From positions 1-57,094 of the forward strand of contig JBFLGF010000081.1 in NCBI GenBank assembly GCA_050230475.1: 57,094 nt of DNA, read 5' to 3'. Below are positions 15,237 through 28,339 of this stretch, piece by piece. The DNA comes from Ancylonema sp. (taxonomy: Eukaryota). Under the pieces are notes generated by a model, which was given only the letters and a program-made list of their open reading frames with translations, made no database searches and had not been told where the DNA came from. How positions within the stretch are numbered: the stretch's first letter is position 1; every line of letters starts with the position of its first letter. Both the position numbers and the translations under genes were made by a program.

Positions 15237-16378
15237 ACACTTCAACTCTGTGTGTGGTTTTGTACTGTATCAAGAGTTGGATGTATTACGGGCGCAAAGT
15301 CTACTCGACTTCATATTTTATGATTTTGGTCTCAAAATGATCATCCGTCGAGCGCAATTCCGTGTGTTCGCCTTTTTCCATCAGTTTACTTGCACCACGT
15401 ACAAGAAAGCCGAATATTTAATGGACAAGGGCTACTCTCACATAAATGAGTAGATTCCATCTATTTCTGTTGCTCCTGTAAGTAGACAATAGCCGCGTTC
15501 ACAAAAAAATAATCCCTAGTCATTGATACACCAGTGCAGAGTTTACTCCAAATGTGACGAATCAGCCTCTTCAAAACAACATAATGGCTGCAGCGCGGAT
15601 GAGAGAAGTTTTTGATCTCACGAAACGAGCAATTGACCACGTCTCCTTTAGCACATATTGAAGCCAATCTGTGAAATGTGTCTTTTGCAGATGAACCTCT
15701 TATCAATGTCCTATTTTCCGTGATATGATAAAATAAGGATGCGTCAACTTTTCCATCTCCGAAGCAATATTTGTTGTCTTCGGCTTTTTGCAAGCTCCTC
15801 AATCCGATGAACATGAATTGTGTACCTCTACCATGACCGCAGAAACACACACCTCCCTCTGCTACATATCTCAAAACTGTTCTCGGGAACAAACACACTG
15901 TCACATCGATTTGAAGGAAAGATGGAAAATGGTAAATGGAAACAGACAATGGGCCTACCTCATACCTCATAGAGAGGCAAAGGAGATGGCTTTCCAAGTT
16001 CCTCCACCCTCCGAATCCTCTCTCCGCCTCTCAATCTAACTAACTCTCACGACTCATAAAGAATGATTCAATGTTGGGACATGCATGCGATTATAGCCAA
16101 GGCCGTATGACGAGCAATCAATACTTTCCCTCCGCTTGTTGCTTTCGCACAACACGACATCACAAGTCTACAATGCGGCGAATCCTGGGCAGGGATCGTT
16201 CTGATGATGGTTCCTCGCGAAGTGGCGCCTCAGCGCATCAAACCCACTGAACATCGTTTGACTTCCCTGAGGTGGGGGGAGTCGCCATCGGTTGTCCAGG
16301 CATAACAAACACCGGAACTGAAACACGAGCCACACAACAAAAACGATACAACGTCGTGAGCCGCACCTTCTCATCGTG

Positions 16379-18738
16379 TCACGCCTTGCCTTGTCGCACA
16401 TCTACCACAACTACCCTCTTCGATACAACAAAGATTGCCATTGTATTGAGTGCAACTCTGGTCCAGCTGCACTGCCCCATCGCTGCCCATTCGTGTCCAC
16501 CTCCCTCCCCACCCCCACCCCTCACCTCCATCCCTTGCGGCCCATTCATATCAAAGCTGGTCCCCATCTCGGCTGGAGGGGGGCGTACCACCCTCTGCTG
16601 TGCTCTCCCCCTCAATCCTCCTCTCCCTCCATGCCCATAGCCCTCGGTTTGTGGCACCCATGGCGGTCTGGCCACGGCTCCCCCCCCCTCTCTCTGCCCC
16701 TCATACCCGCCCCCTGACCGCACTTCCCCCCCCCCCAACCCGGGGGCCTCTGCATGCCACCTCCAACCGTCTCTCCATCCCGCCCCAGCTCCCCCACTCT
16801 CCCCGCCTCCACCTTCCCCCCCACCCCCCGTGCCCCCCGGCCCCCTATGCCCCACAGTGCGGGACAGAAGGTACGGGTTGCTGACTCGGATTGGGGTGGG
16901 GGAGGGGTGGCTGGGCCCATCCCCCGTCCACCTTGCCTCCCCCCCCACCCTTGCCAACCCCAGTCCTCCTTGGGGGGCGGGGATGGGTGGGGCCACGCGT
17001 CGATCGGCGCCCATAGGAGGTCTGCATGGGACACTGCCACGTCAGCATCCTGCCACGTCAGCATAGTGCCACGTCAGCGAGGTGCCTCACCGGAAGGGGG
17101 TGTTCATCCCCAGCTCCGCTCGCATGGCGCTCCTTCTCACCCCCTCCCCCTCCCCCTCCCCCTCTCCCTCCGACGATGCAAATGGCCAGCGAGGCCGTCC
17201 CGGGTACAGGTCAGCATCGCGCACGGGGCCTTGGGGGGGGTGGGCATATCCTCCATCCTCACGGGGATGGGCACCACGTGGCATGCCCCCCCTGTCCCAG
17301 CCGCCGGTTGGGGGGGGGGGGGGGTAAGATGGGTGGTGGTAGTAGAGGGGGTGAGAGTCAGGCGGACAGGAGGTGTGGGGCTGGGGAGGGAGGTAGTGGG
17401 CGCTCTGATTGCCTGACGCGCCGCTGTAGGCAAAGCCAGAGAGCCCCCCCGAGTTGTACATCGGCTCCAGGCCCGCCAGCGAGTTCCGCCGCAGGCTTTG
17501 GGCTTCTGCCACCGCGTGGGTGAGGGCCAGGTGGGCGCCGGAACTGCAGCCCATGCCCCACTTCAGGCTCGGGTGGGGGTGGGGGTGGGGGTGCCAGAGG
17601 GGGGAGGTCTCACTTGAAGGAGAAGGAGTGATGCGGACAGGGAGTGAAGTGGGGGCAGTGGCCGAACCAGGTCAGGGGGTAGTGGGGCTGTCGGGGAGGG
17701 GGAAGGCGGATGCCGTCAGAACGTATGTGGAACACGCATGCAGAAATGCATACATGCGTACAGACATACTTGAATATATACACACGTGCATACATACATA
17801 CAGACAAATGGACATACTAATAGACACAGTTTGTGTACACATCGCAGTGGACACAATTGAAAATGTGGGGGGCAGCATCTCGTCATGAGCATGACACATG
17901 CTGATGTCACCCACCGACATGAAATTCCCCAAAATGCGGTTTCATGACCAGTCTCGTTGATGCGGTCGGTAAATGAGAAATCGGGAATTGGCAGCTTTAA
18001 AAAGGGGCACTGTGTGGTATAAAAAATGACTGACTATGAACCTAATGTGATGAATGTTGTGACTAGAACGGTTTTTTTGAATGGGTTCCGGGACCAAAAC
18101 TAATTTGAAATGGGGGGGGGGGGAGGAGTTGGGGGGGGAAATCGACTGACACCCCCCCAACAGTGATGGGTGATGAATCACGTCAAATATAGTCTCTCCA
18201 TACAAACAAATATTATTTATTAAATAGAATTATTAAATATGTACAAAAACACATGCATGGATATAGACATGCCCACACACACACACACACACACACAAAG
18301 TCACGCATAGGCCCACCCCGCCCACCCCCATCCCCATCCCCATCCCAACCCCCACCTCCACTTCCAGCTGGTCTGCTATCAGAGTGAGAGGCGGCTGCTC
18401 CTCATTGGGCAGCGACTCGAAATCATCGAAGTCCTCCTCTGCTGCAAACTCATGGAACGAAAAGGGATCCGGCGGGATGGCCCCAGCCGAATAGCGCCAC
18501 TCCCCCACCTGGAAGGACCGGCAGTTGGGGCACTGCATCGACCCCTTGGCATTGAAGGCGGAACCGATACAGTCTGCGGGGTCAGGGGCGAGGTATCGAT
18601 TTCGGGTCACTGCTGCATACGTGGTCCTGCTGTTTTCACAGAGAATTCATACACACGTCTGTATGATTACATGTATGAATACATGTAGGTACTTTGATAC
18701 ACACATATATATGCATATATATATATTATGTATATATG

Positions 18739-18775
<37 letters not shown>

Positions 18776-19893
18776 GTATATATATATATGTATATATATA
18801 TCTATAAATATATATACAATGTACATGCATGGACACCTACACCTCTATACACATCAAAATACATGTTTGAACCCAAACATGCATGTTACATGAATGTTAG
18901 GTGAATGTGCATGTGCATATATTTGTGTGCCTTTTTTTCTATTCAGGTGAATGGTCAGGTTCATCTCCTCCAGAGCAGCGGCAGAGCACCCAAAATGGTG
19001 CTTGTATGGTGTTTCAGGGTGTGGCCCCAAGACTGTAGCTGTTTCCAGAAGGCCCGCATGCACAAGCCATGGGTGGGAGAAGGTGACAGTATGAACAGAC
19101 CGCTAGTAAGGATGCCACCTGGCACCTGGTGATATCCTTGCCAGGTGTAAATGGTCGACCCGATCATAAGTGGCCATGTCGTAATGATCATCCGAACAGA
19201 GGCACATGCATGTTTTCACCAAAACCGAATAATGTAACCGTTATAAGTAGGGAACCGTTAAGAGTTGCATCAGCGATAAACTGTCGCGATCTAGACAAGA
19301 TACCCACGGCAGCATCCCCCGCTAGCTGCGAGACGCGGTACACTCTACATCGCCACCGCCACACGTGCGACTAAGAAAGCCGTGGCGCGGATTTCTGAAA
19401 TGCAGGAGTTTTCTCGAAAGAAAGGGAGTAGATGCCGTGCGGCCCATCGCCGAAGTCAGCGAGGAGTCGTAGTCCTGGCAACGGCTTCTGTGCAGGTGTG
19501 CTGAGGGTGCTGTAATTTGTGCGAGTTTCTAGTGATATCAACCTATCAAGAGAAGGATAAATACCAGCATCTTTACTCACCTAGATGAAAGTCATGTCCA
19601 CATGACAGCTTGGCTGTTGCGCGCTCGCTGGTGCATGCATCCTCTACTGGTTCGAGGCACACACTACACGACACCTGCCATCCCTTTAGCGACATGGTGC
19701 TATCACTTGCTTCATTCTCACGTTCCACGTCATCCTTTGCCATTATCTCGTGGTAGTAATCACTGACAGCTGTCATTAACGATTGTTCCTTACCAGCTGT
19801 GGGGGGCTGTGTAGGAGTACCCATGGCTTTATGGCTAGTTGCCTCTGCCCTAAGAAAAACTACCGTGTCGGTGGTCGGGGGCGAGAATGACAT
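16379..19893 (-). CDS. RING-finger E3 ubiquitin ligase of RFI2/IPI1 type with a Pro/Gly-rich C-terminal region; 3' exon structure uncertain
   Basis: Exons 19893-19581 and 18572-~18356 give CSVCLE...RATAKLSCGHDFHL|DCIGSAFNAKGSMQCPNCR...GEWRYSAG, the RFI2/IPI1 signature. Further in-frame exons at 17687-17614, 17543-17091 and from 17021; the stop at 16379 is tentative. Confidence 0.8.
18700..18820. repeat. (TA)n-rich microsatellite in the RING gene's first intron
   Basis: Directly visible. Confidence 0.9.
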
Positions 19894-21920
19894 TTCACTT
19901 GCGCCCTACTTGCGCCGGAAACACAGCCCCCAAAGACTGCGAATTGTGTTTTGCCACTCTCGATCAACACAAATACTACACGACGGGAAAGTACAGCCAC
20001 GCGTCGCAAAGAACGTGGCGGTAGTGCCAAGCTCAAAAAGGTCCGAGAATCTTGGAGAGTGCCATCTTTGCAAAACCTCTGGAGGTCCAAAAAGCTCCCA
20101 AATGCCGTACTGTGCAGAGATGATGATCCGTAAATAATAATGAAAACGATGAATCACACGTATTTTAAACGAACGACGGGAATGCCATCCTTGTAACCTT
20201 CGTGTTACTATACGTAACATATCAGAAGAATACCCACGCGCTTAACAAATATGAATAAAGCCACGAATACCCGTACCCGCATCATGTTCATCGTACAAGC
20301 GCATACACCATGTAGACACCTTCTATCGTACACGCATCTTCGCATCGTAAGCACACTTCACCATCCAGGCATCTTTCACCATACAGGCACATTTCACCGT
20401 TTGGACATCTTTCACCTTATAGGTACTTTCACCGTAAAAGCCCAAATCTTCACCATACAAGCGCACGATCGAATATTGTCCGACATGTGCGTTAGAGCAC
20501 GAAACTATGAGATAGATCAAACTTAGCGACACTTAATAAAGTCGATCTACGACAAAATTTGATGATCAACTACTAGAGCAAAGCGTAATCACAGTATTAG
20601 ATGCACCGCCAGCCAGGATGCAGATAACTCAATCACAGCGCACAAAATTTGCAAGGATAGTTCCATGAGCCAAGGGACTCACTCTGACACGATGGTGTTA
20701 GAGTGTCTAAGAGTGAGAGTGTAAGGTCCTCCACGACTGCAGTGACCGAACGTTACTAGCGTGTCGTCTAGTGAAGTACGAAACGTTGCGAACATACGTT
20801 AAATACATCCACATGTATATTGCCCACCACTTATGTCGATAGGGCACATGTCCTTGTCGCAAGGGTCACACTACATACCGTACATCAATTGTACGGGAGT
20901 AGCGCGACAATCCTTTATACCACTATAAAGCGAAACTACTTGCGCCAGTGTCGCCTGCACCGGTTCTTGATTACAACCGGCGGCGCAATACGCCACATAG
21001 GCACAAGATTATATGTGGACTGAAAATCTCTAAGATCATCTTATATTTCACACGGGAAGGGCAACTCATGGATGGATTGCATGGCCCACACATCGATCCG
21101 CACGGATGGTGCGATATGTATACTCCACCAAGGTGCACATTTTGGGGGGGGGATAGTGACGCCATATTGACGCCAACTTTTGACACAACTCTTAACCCAC
21201 TCAGAACTCAAATAGTACCCGATGACTATTAACACATATACACACTCAATTGCGCATTCACATACACTTCAACTCATACCCATTATGCACGACACATAGA
21301 CAAAACTTCTTTCATGAAACGCAAGTGAAAACAAATACCAGAGAAGAATTGTCACTATAGTGGTTCGGTAAGCGAATCTAGATCCGTTAGCTAAAAGTCT
21401 GACCTTGAACACGCAACGAAGTCCAAAGCACATCTGCACGGCTTACGACCCTAGATACATCGAACGATCAATATAAACCCGGTCATACACAATCTTTACT
21501 AATACACACGCGTGCGCCAAGCTAGGCCACGCCGTCGCCACGTTGTCACCGACACAAATTAACCGATACAAACTAAACGAACCATTATGAACCTAAATAC
21601 ACGCGTCACAAATCTACGCTTCTCCGATATAAGCACTTCATGTCATAGACACCAACAAACAAACTCAACACAACAAACCACGCCATTTGTCCGATAACCT
21701 CAAAAATGCAACTTTGGCAAACTAAACTATTTTCTTTAATAATATACAAATATGTTGCAGAATACCTCACGGGGTGTATTTCATCGGCCAATCTTTTTAC
21801 ATGATGAGTGCATGTCTCATGTGTGAAGGTTTGAGAGCCATTTTGATGGTGGGATGCAAATGGTATTCAGGTCCAACCCCTCAATGATTGTCGAGAGAAA
21901 TCTCTTTTTCAACTTCGGTC

Positions 21921-22513
21921 TAGTAGGCCCAGCTTGCCATCCTAAGTCCAGGCCGACGCCCATTCCGGTCCCCGTGTCTTGTACTACCATTCTCACGTCT
22001 TCAAGTCCAGCCTAGTCCGAGGCCGGTCTGCAAATCCGTGAAATTCTGGTCCAGTCTTGTGTCGGGTGATAATCCGCTCGTGCCAAACCTTCTTACACGC
22101 GGGTATAGCCTTATTACAATAATGCCCAGTCGTGTTAGTCTACCATTCCGAGAAATCTATATAATTGGATTATGGGAATCACTGCGCTGGGATTGAACCG
22201 GCTTGTCTCCACTCTGAACTTTCCCAAAAAAATAAACCAAGAAAAAATTGGGGGGTTACTTTCCACTTTTTTTTGTTTGTTTTTCAATTACAATTTTCAA
22301 ATTTTCGATTTTCGATATTCTACACGTGCCCAGCCCAGAATCGGCTGGACCAGTCTTCCCAGTCTAAACCCAGTCTAACTCAGTGTAACCCAGTCTAACT
22401 CAGAATCCCAGTCTACTATTCCAAAACCCCAGTCTAATTGACTCCATTTCACCATCAGACTGGAAACGGACTGGCCAGTCTCCAGTCCGGACTGGGGACT
22501 GGCACCCATGCTA
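21921..22513. mobile_element. Candidate decayed non-autonomous DNA transposon (hAT-like end with CCAGTC subterminal repeats)
   Basis: More than ten CCAGTC/GACTGG motifs in both orientations at 22340-22505, a palindrome ccagtccggactgg, and an end ggcacccatgcta. Weak inverted similarity to tgccatcctaagtccagg near 21935. No TSD visible. Confidence 0.35.
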
Positions 22514-23393
22514 CCCGCCGAATAAACGAAACGAACATATAACCCCGTTTATCGAAACCCGTTTACTACTGGGACGAATATCTGCCTTTTTTCTACTGGA
22601 ACTCCTCCTCGTTTAGGTCCGTCCGTGGTCGACTGAATGTGGGACGACTAGGTCTGTGAATGTTTACGGCACGTGGTAGACGTGCTGCTGTGCGATAGGG
22701 TAGTGCGATGGGCCGACCTATCTATAGTTTCAATCATTTTTTTCAGAGGTCATTGACAGAACGCATTCACATGGGCCACTTATCTAGGTAAAGGTACATC
22801 TGTATATATACCTTTACATCAAGGCTGAAAGCTCTGCCAGCACATACAATGTACAATGAACAATTTAAAGACTTGTCCATTCTCTGACCATTTTGCAGCC
22901 CCGTGGGTGGGCCACGCTGTTTCGGCAATGACGACAAACTGCACCGTGCCTTTAACATACCACACTACTCTATTGTGCTCTAATCGTGCATCTACTACCC
23001 GTGTTGGCGCCATCAGATTGGTGGTCTAAAACCAGGTGGGTGGTCACGTCGTTGTGCGTTCGGAAGAAGCAACACACCAACCGACACAGGTTACACCTTA
23101 GGCGAAACCTGATCTGCGCAGTATCTCTGCATCCCGATCAATTTATATAATTCAATTTTGTCATCACGGCACACCGAGCGTGGACTTCTACCTCCTTTGT
23201 CACGATACCTCAGTCCCGCTTGGTAAGTGTAGGCAGCGAAGCCCCAGACACCTTTCTGAAATCATTGTTCCGTGCGTTTGACTCCTTCCGATGTCTTACG
23301 CGGTAGCCTAGTTGTGGAGCATACCGGGTTTTCCTTCCCAATCAAGCTGACGAAAGGGTGGTTAGTGACTGCAGATCCTCATCCGTGCTTAAG

Positions 23394-26300
23394 ATGGCGA
23401 TCAGAGCGCTCCTATTCGCATCGGTCCTCCTCTTTTCTGCCAGACTAGCAACGGCTGAGTTCGAAGGTGAGTGATCTGGGTGTGGAAGTCCTTCCTTTTT
23501 TGCTCCAATCCCTCTGTGAACTCTGCTAGAAGATAATGAATCAGCTGCATCGATTCAGCTGAGTGTTTCTACAGGCACATAATTGTGCCCGTAAGTCTAA
23601 AAGAGGCCCGGATAGCAGTCTGTCTCAAGTCCACTGACTGACTTTTCTAAAATGTATTGATCACAGGCCGTCGTCTTTTGACCGAGGATGACTACCACAC
23701 CGACAAGACTCGCCGCATCTTGGCTACAGCTTTCAAGTGCGATGACGTGTTTGAAATTACGATCGACGAGATCCAAGTGCTCATATTCAATAAGGCCCTC
23801 ACCTCCCTTGCGCTGGTCAAGTGCTATGTCCAGCGCATCGCGGATTACAGCAACCCCGCCACCTACAAGAATACCAAGGTCAAAACCACACACGATTTCC
23901 CACCACTCTTCGCACCTCTCTTTTTGTCCCCCTCTGATGATGTCCACTTCTTCCGTTGTCGATCTACACATAATCCCTTCTTTTCTCTTCTGTCCACCGT
24001 CATCTCTCGGTCTTTGCGTGGTCGCCCTCTCTCTCCATTCCAGTCGTGACATCCTGTGGAATCTCTGGTCCGTACTTGTCGTCCTTGCTACTTTCTTCGC
24101 TTGTCGTCTTGCTTCATCATCATGCGCTGGTAAGTGAAGTGGATTCCTGACAATGGTCTGGCCACTGTTTGCAGACTCCCTATCCTGTCAATGCGATCAT
24201 GGAATTGAATCCCAGTCTTTACAAGGCGGCCCGCCAGAAGGACCTGGATTATGCCATCAAGTGCAAAAAAGCCACGGCTCCCGCCTGCCTGGGCCCCATG
24301 CACGGCATCCCCGTCATCCTCAAGGACAACGTGGCCGCTAACTACATGCAAAACACCGCAGGTAGGGGGGACACGTGGCAATTTGTGCAGAAGTGGCTGA
24401 AGCTATCAACACTTCTCCCGAGGCCCGCCTCATTTTGGTTTTGCCATCGAGTACTTTGCTGACTCTGCTTCGACGACAGTGTCACAATTTGGCTCAAATT
24501 ATCGATATTGATTGCTTATAACGAGGACAGGGCCATGCACACTCATCTCCTCCTGTCACATACTTTGTGCCTCCCAGGTTCTCTCGCTCTTCTCGGGTGC
24601 AGCCACGAGCAGTCCACCATCGCCAAGAAGCTCGCGAAAAGAGGAGCCATCATTTTGGCCAAGGCCGGAATGAGCGAGTGGGCCAATTCTCGCGGCCTCT
24701 CCGTTTCCGGGTGGTCCGGCAGAATCGGACAAGTGGCGGTGCGTCAGATACAGACTCGTTCCTTCGCACGTGTCATTGCTGCAATGCATGACTGTGCACC
24801 GCACTTTCCAGTCCCTAATGTGGAAGAAGAGCCATGTGTGTGTATACGAAGGGAAGGCGATGCTGAAGATTTACCGGAAAAAGGCATACACACAGAATTC
24901 TGTTCTATATTGCTTTGTCCACAACAGCCAATTATAAAGCATCACAGAGTGAGGTGAAGAAATACCAAAAACCAAACCTCAAACCTGGACTACTTCCCAT
25001 CTTCCCACCTTTCCTCCCCTCCAGTGCCCCTACGTGCACTACGTCCTCCGCAACGTGACTGTGCTGCCCTCCCCTTACCCCTCCATCCCCTCCATCATCG
25101 CCCCGGGCAACTACACCAACGTGCTTAACCCCACAATCGTCTCCGGGTCCTCCTCTGGGTCCGCCGCTGCTGCCGCTACCAGTCTGGTGAGAACACACCC
25201 ACCCTACCCCCTACCCGACACGGGTCATCCTCGTCTGTTTTGTCTCTATCTGCATGAGAGGAAACAGTCATATGTCATACTGTCTCATTCCCCTCGCAAC
25301 AACTCAGCAGTATCCTACGGAGGCTCAGTTGCGTGTGCGAAAACAGTGCGATTGGAATCGAGGCCTGTGTCGAAACACGACTCCCGCCCCGCTGATGTCA
25401 TCCACCCACGTGTGATGTGTGTGTTCAGGGCACAATCACGGTCGGATCAGAGACCTCCGGCTCCATCCTGTCCCCCTCCAGCGCCAACGGCCTGGTCGGG
25501 CTGAAGCCCACTGTCGGCCTCATCAGCCGCTTCGGAGTGGTCCCCCTCTCCCACAGCCAGGATACCGCAGGACCGATGGGTAGGACGGTGACTGACGTGG
25601 CGTACCTCCTCTCTGCCCTCGCTGGCGTCGACGGGGGGGATGAGGACACGGTGACTCAGCAGCAGGTGCCCTCATCCCAGGTGGGGCACTACGAGAACTT
25701 TTTGGACTCGTCAGTGTTCGAGGGCAAGACTTTCGCGGCACTGGCGCTGAACCCCATCACCACGGATGCCAAAGTTCTGGCGGCCTACAATGCCTCCATC
25801 GCCGCCATTGTGTGAGTGCAGTGCCTCCAATGGCAGGCCTGGCATGCATTCTTCTTCAAAGCATGTAGTATGGATGAGGACAGGTCCATTCCGAGCATTC
25901 CGGATACGAACAGAGGACAGCGCAGTTCTGCCTGGATGGTTTAAAATGTCTAGCTCCCTTCTCCTCCTCCCCTCGTCAGTGCACTAGGCGCCGCCGTCGA
26001 TGTCTACCCCATCAGCCCCTTCTTCAACATCCCCAGCGTGCTGAACACGACTCTCATTTTCCAGACCGACTTCAAGCAAGACATCGCTGCTTACATGGCG
26101 GGCTGCACGTGGCAGAAGGGCTACACTCCCATGTACACCCTGGCGGACCTCATCACCTTCAACAAGGTGAACTACCTCAAGGAGTTCCAGGGAGGGGCGT
26201 TTGCCAACCTGCATGGCACTCCCAACCCGGCATACGGAAACTTCTTCCAGCAGACGTGGGAGTTCTCGCAGGTATGGTGGTGGCTGCCGGGAAGTAGAGG

Positions 26301-27100
26301 AATGGGGCAAATATGTGTTCTCATGGCCATTATTGCTATTATTGCCATTATTGCCATTATTGCCATTATTGCCATTACCAGAAACTGGCGCGCGCGGTGA
26401 AAGCGGAGGGCTACAGGTACTGAATCTGCCTTTTACTAACGCTGCCCTGTCCCCATTTGTTTCAGAAAACTGTCAACCTCTACGATCCAGCCTACCTCAC
26501 CCAGAAATTGGTGAGTCATCCTCCGCACCAACGATGGCCTAAACTCTTGTGTTTAGTCTCCCAATTTTGTCTCTTGGGTGCTCGATCATGTCACAATGTG
26601 CACCTCAACACATGCACCTACTGTCGAATAACGCATTTCATGACCCCTGCATGGCATGGGTAGGTGTGTGTGTGTGTGTGCAACCTCCGAATGTGAGATA
26701 AGAAAAAATTTAGAGCTCGTTTTGCCCAGAAATGAATGCCTCTGAATGCTCAGAAACGAGTCTCTGATCATGGTCTTCACCCACGCCTCCCTCCCCTCTG
26801 CAGTCTGCTGCGATGCTGAACTCGGCGATCACGGCTTTCTTCACCGGATCCAACCCTTACAGCCACACCTACACCGCCTTCATCCACGCCGGAAGCTTCA
26901 CTGGACCGTGGGCCACAACCCGAAACCCCTCCATCACTGTGCCAATGACAATAACCTCCCTGGGGCTTCCACAGGGGATTTACTTCTCTGGACTGGCTTA
27001 CTCCGAGCAGACTCTGATTTCGTTGGGCTATGCTTTTGAGCAGAAGGTCAGCATAGGCAAGCGTCCCCTGCCCACCTTCTGTGACTCTTACACGTGTTAG
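23394..27100 (+). CDS. Secreted amidase-signature family protein
   Basis: Signal peptide [21 protein letters not shown]; spliced motifs [128 protein letters not shown]. The Lys/Ser/Ser triad appears intact. Confidence 0.92.
26327..26377. repeat. Intronic 9-bp tandem repeat (GCCATTATT)n
   Basis: Directly visible; explains the AIIAII ORF. Confidence 0.9.
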
Positions 27101-28339
27101 GCAACGCAGAAAGGAGCATAGGTTAGGCAGAGGAGCACAGTGGGTACTCCTGGATTCACATGAGTTGGTGAGGGTCCAACACCTCCCAAACATGGAAGCC
27201 ACGTGTGGTTTGAGTCCGTTGCAGAAGATCAACAACCAACCAATAATTTGGATTCTCTTTTTCGGAAAGAGAAACATTGACGGGCAGCTACAATGTCGGT
27301 GGAGGAGCTTGTTGTTGCCCTTCGACGTTTTAATAAAGTTGAAGCACACTGGCAAAAAAATCCCTAGTATTTAATCCGGAAATAATCCGGCTGTGAGGAT
27401 TGGGAACTTTGTTGTTAGTTGTGTTTATTAGCCCGACCATTGGTATACACCGCATCATTGAATTTGTCGCATGTAGGTTATCTGTCTCTGAATCAGATCT
27501 AGTGTATGGGTAAGACCACATGAACTCTATTGTGGCAGAGAAATGGGAATGACGAGAATGCAACAGAGTCTGAACATTTCAGACTTTTTGATCTCATTGA
27601 TTAAATTTGGCATCCATGGCGTACTGGTCTGTATGAAGTGTGCATGGACAATTTCTGGGCGTTGTGTTCAAATTAAGCGTTGTGAGTGAGTAGTACATTA
27701 TCAGATGGTCGCTTCAGAAGCTGCCCAAGCGAAGTCACAAAGAGAGTATCTGAGACGATTGACATGGGCCAGGAGGAGAGGTGACGCACGCTGCCACTTG
27801 TTGGGAAATTCTTGTTCGATTGAAACAAATCGAAAAAAATGTGGTGCGTCCATGCTGCAATGAACATCTTTCTCACACTCAATCAAGAGATTAATCCGTT
27901 GCCCACACAACGTGCATTCTCATGTCAAACAAATTGAGACACAAAATTGCCAACTTGATCAAGCAATCCAAGAAGTCCGCATGCTCCGACTAAGATACAA
28001 TGTGGCATACGTTATCCACCACGGCACAACTAATGTGGTCCATTCGATGTTCTAGATGCAGCAAACAGTTAATCCACACCATACACATATCATGTCTTGT
28101 GCGCTACCTCATGCCTACACGCATAGCTGTATACCCAATGATGCGCCCATGAAATCCGCTGTGTCTCCGGTCACTCAAACATATGCCGACGTTTGACCAC
28201 GTATTGTACGGCACAGTCGCCAAGTTCATTAACTCTCCTATGAGCATACATCAATTGTAACCCCGCCAAAGAAACGAAACGAACAAATTACTGCGTGTAT
28301 CACAACTCGTTAGCTACTTACAAATTTCGGCCTATTATT

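Noticed and set aside
16272..17888. Many overlapping Pro/Gly-rich ORFs on both strands
   Set aside because: Result of extreme GC content and homopolymer runs in the 3' part of the RING gene.
20230..21620. Gene-free stretch with short ORFs, possibly LTR-derived
   Set aside because: No termini, TSD or protein motif could be identified; left uncalled.
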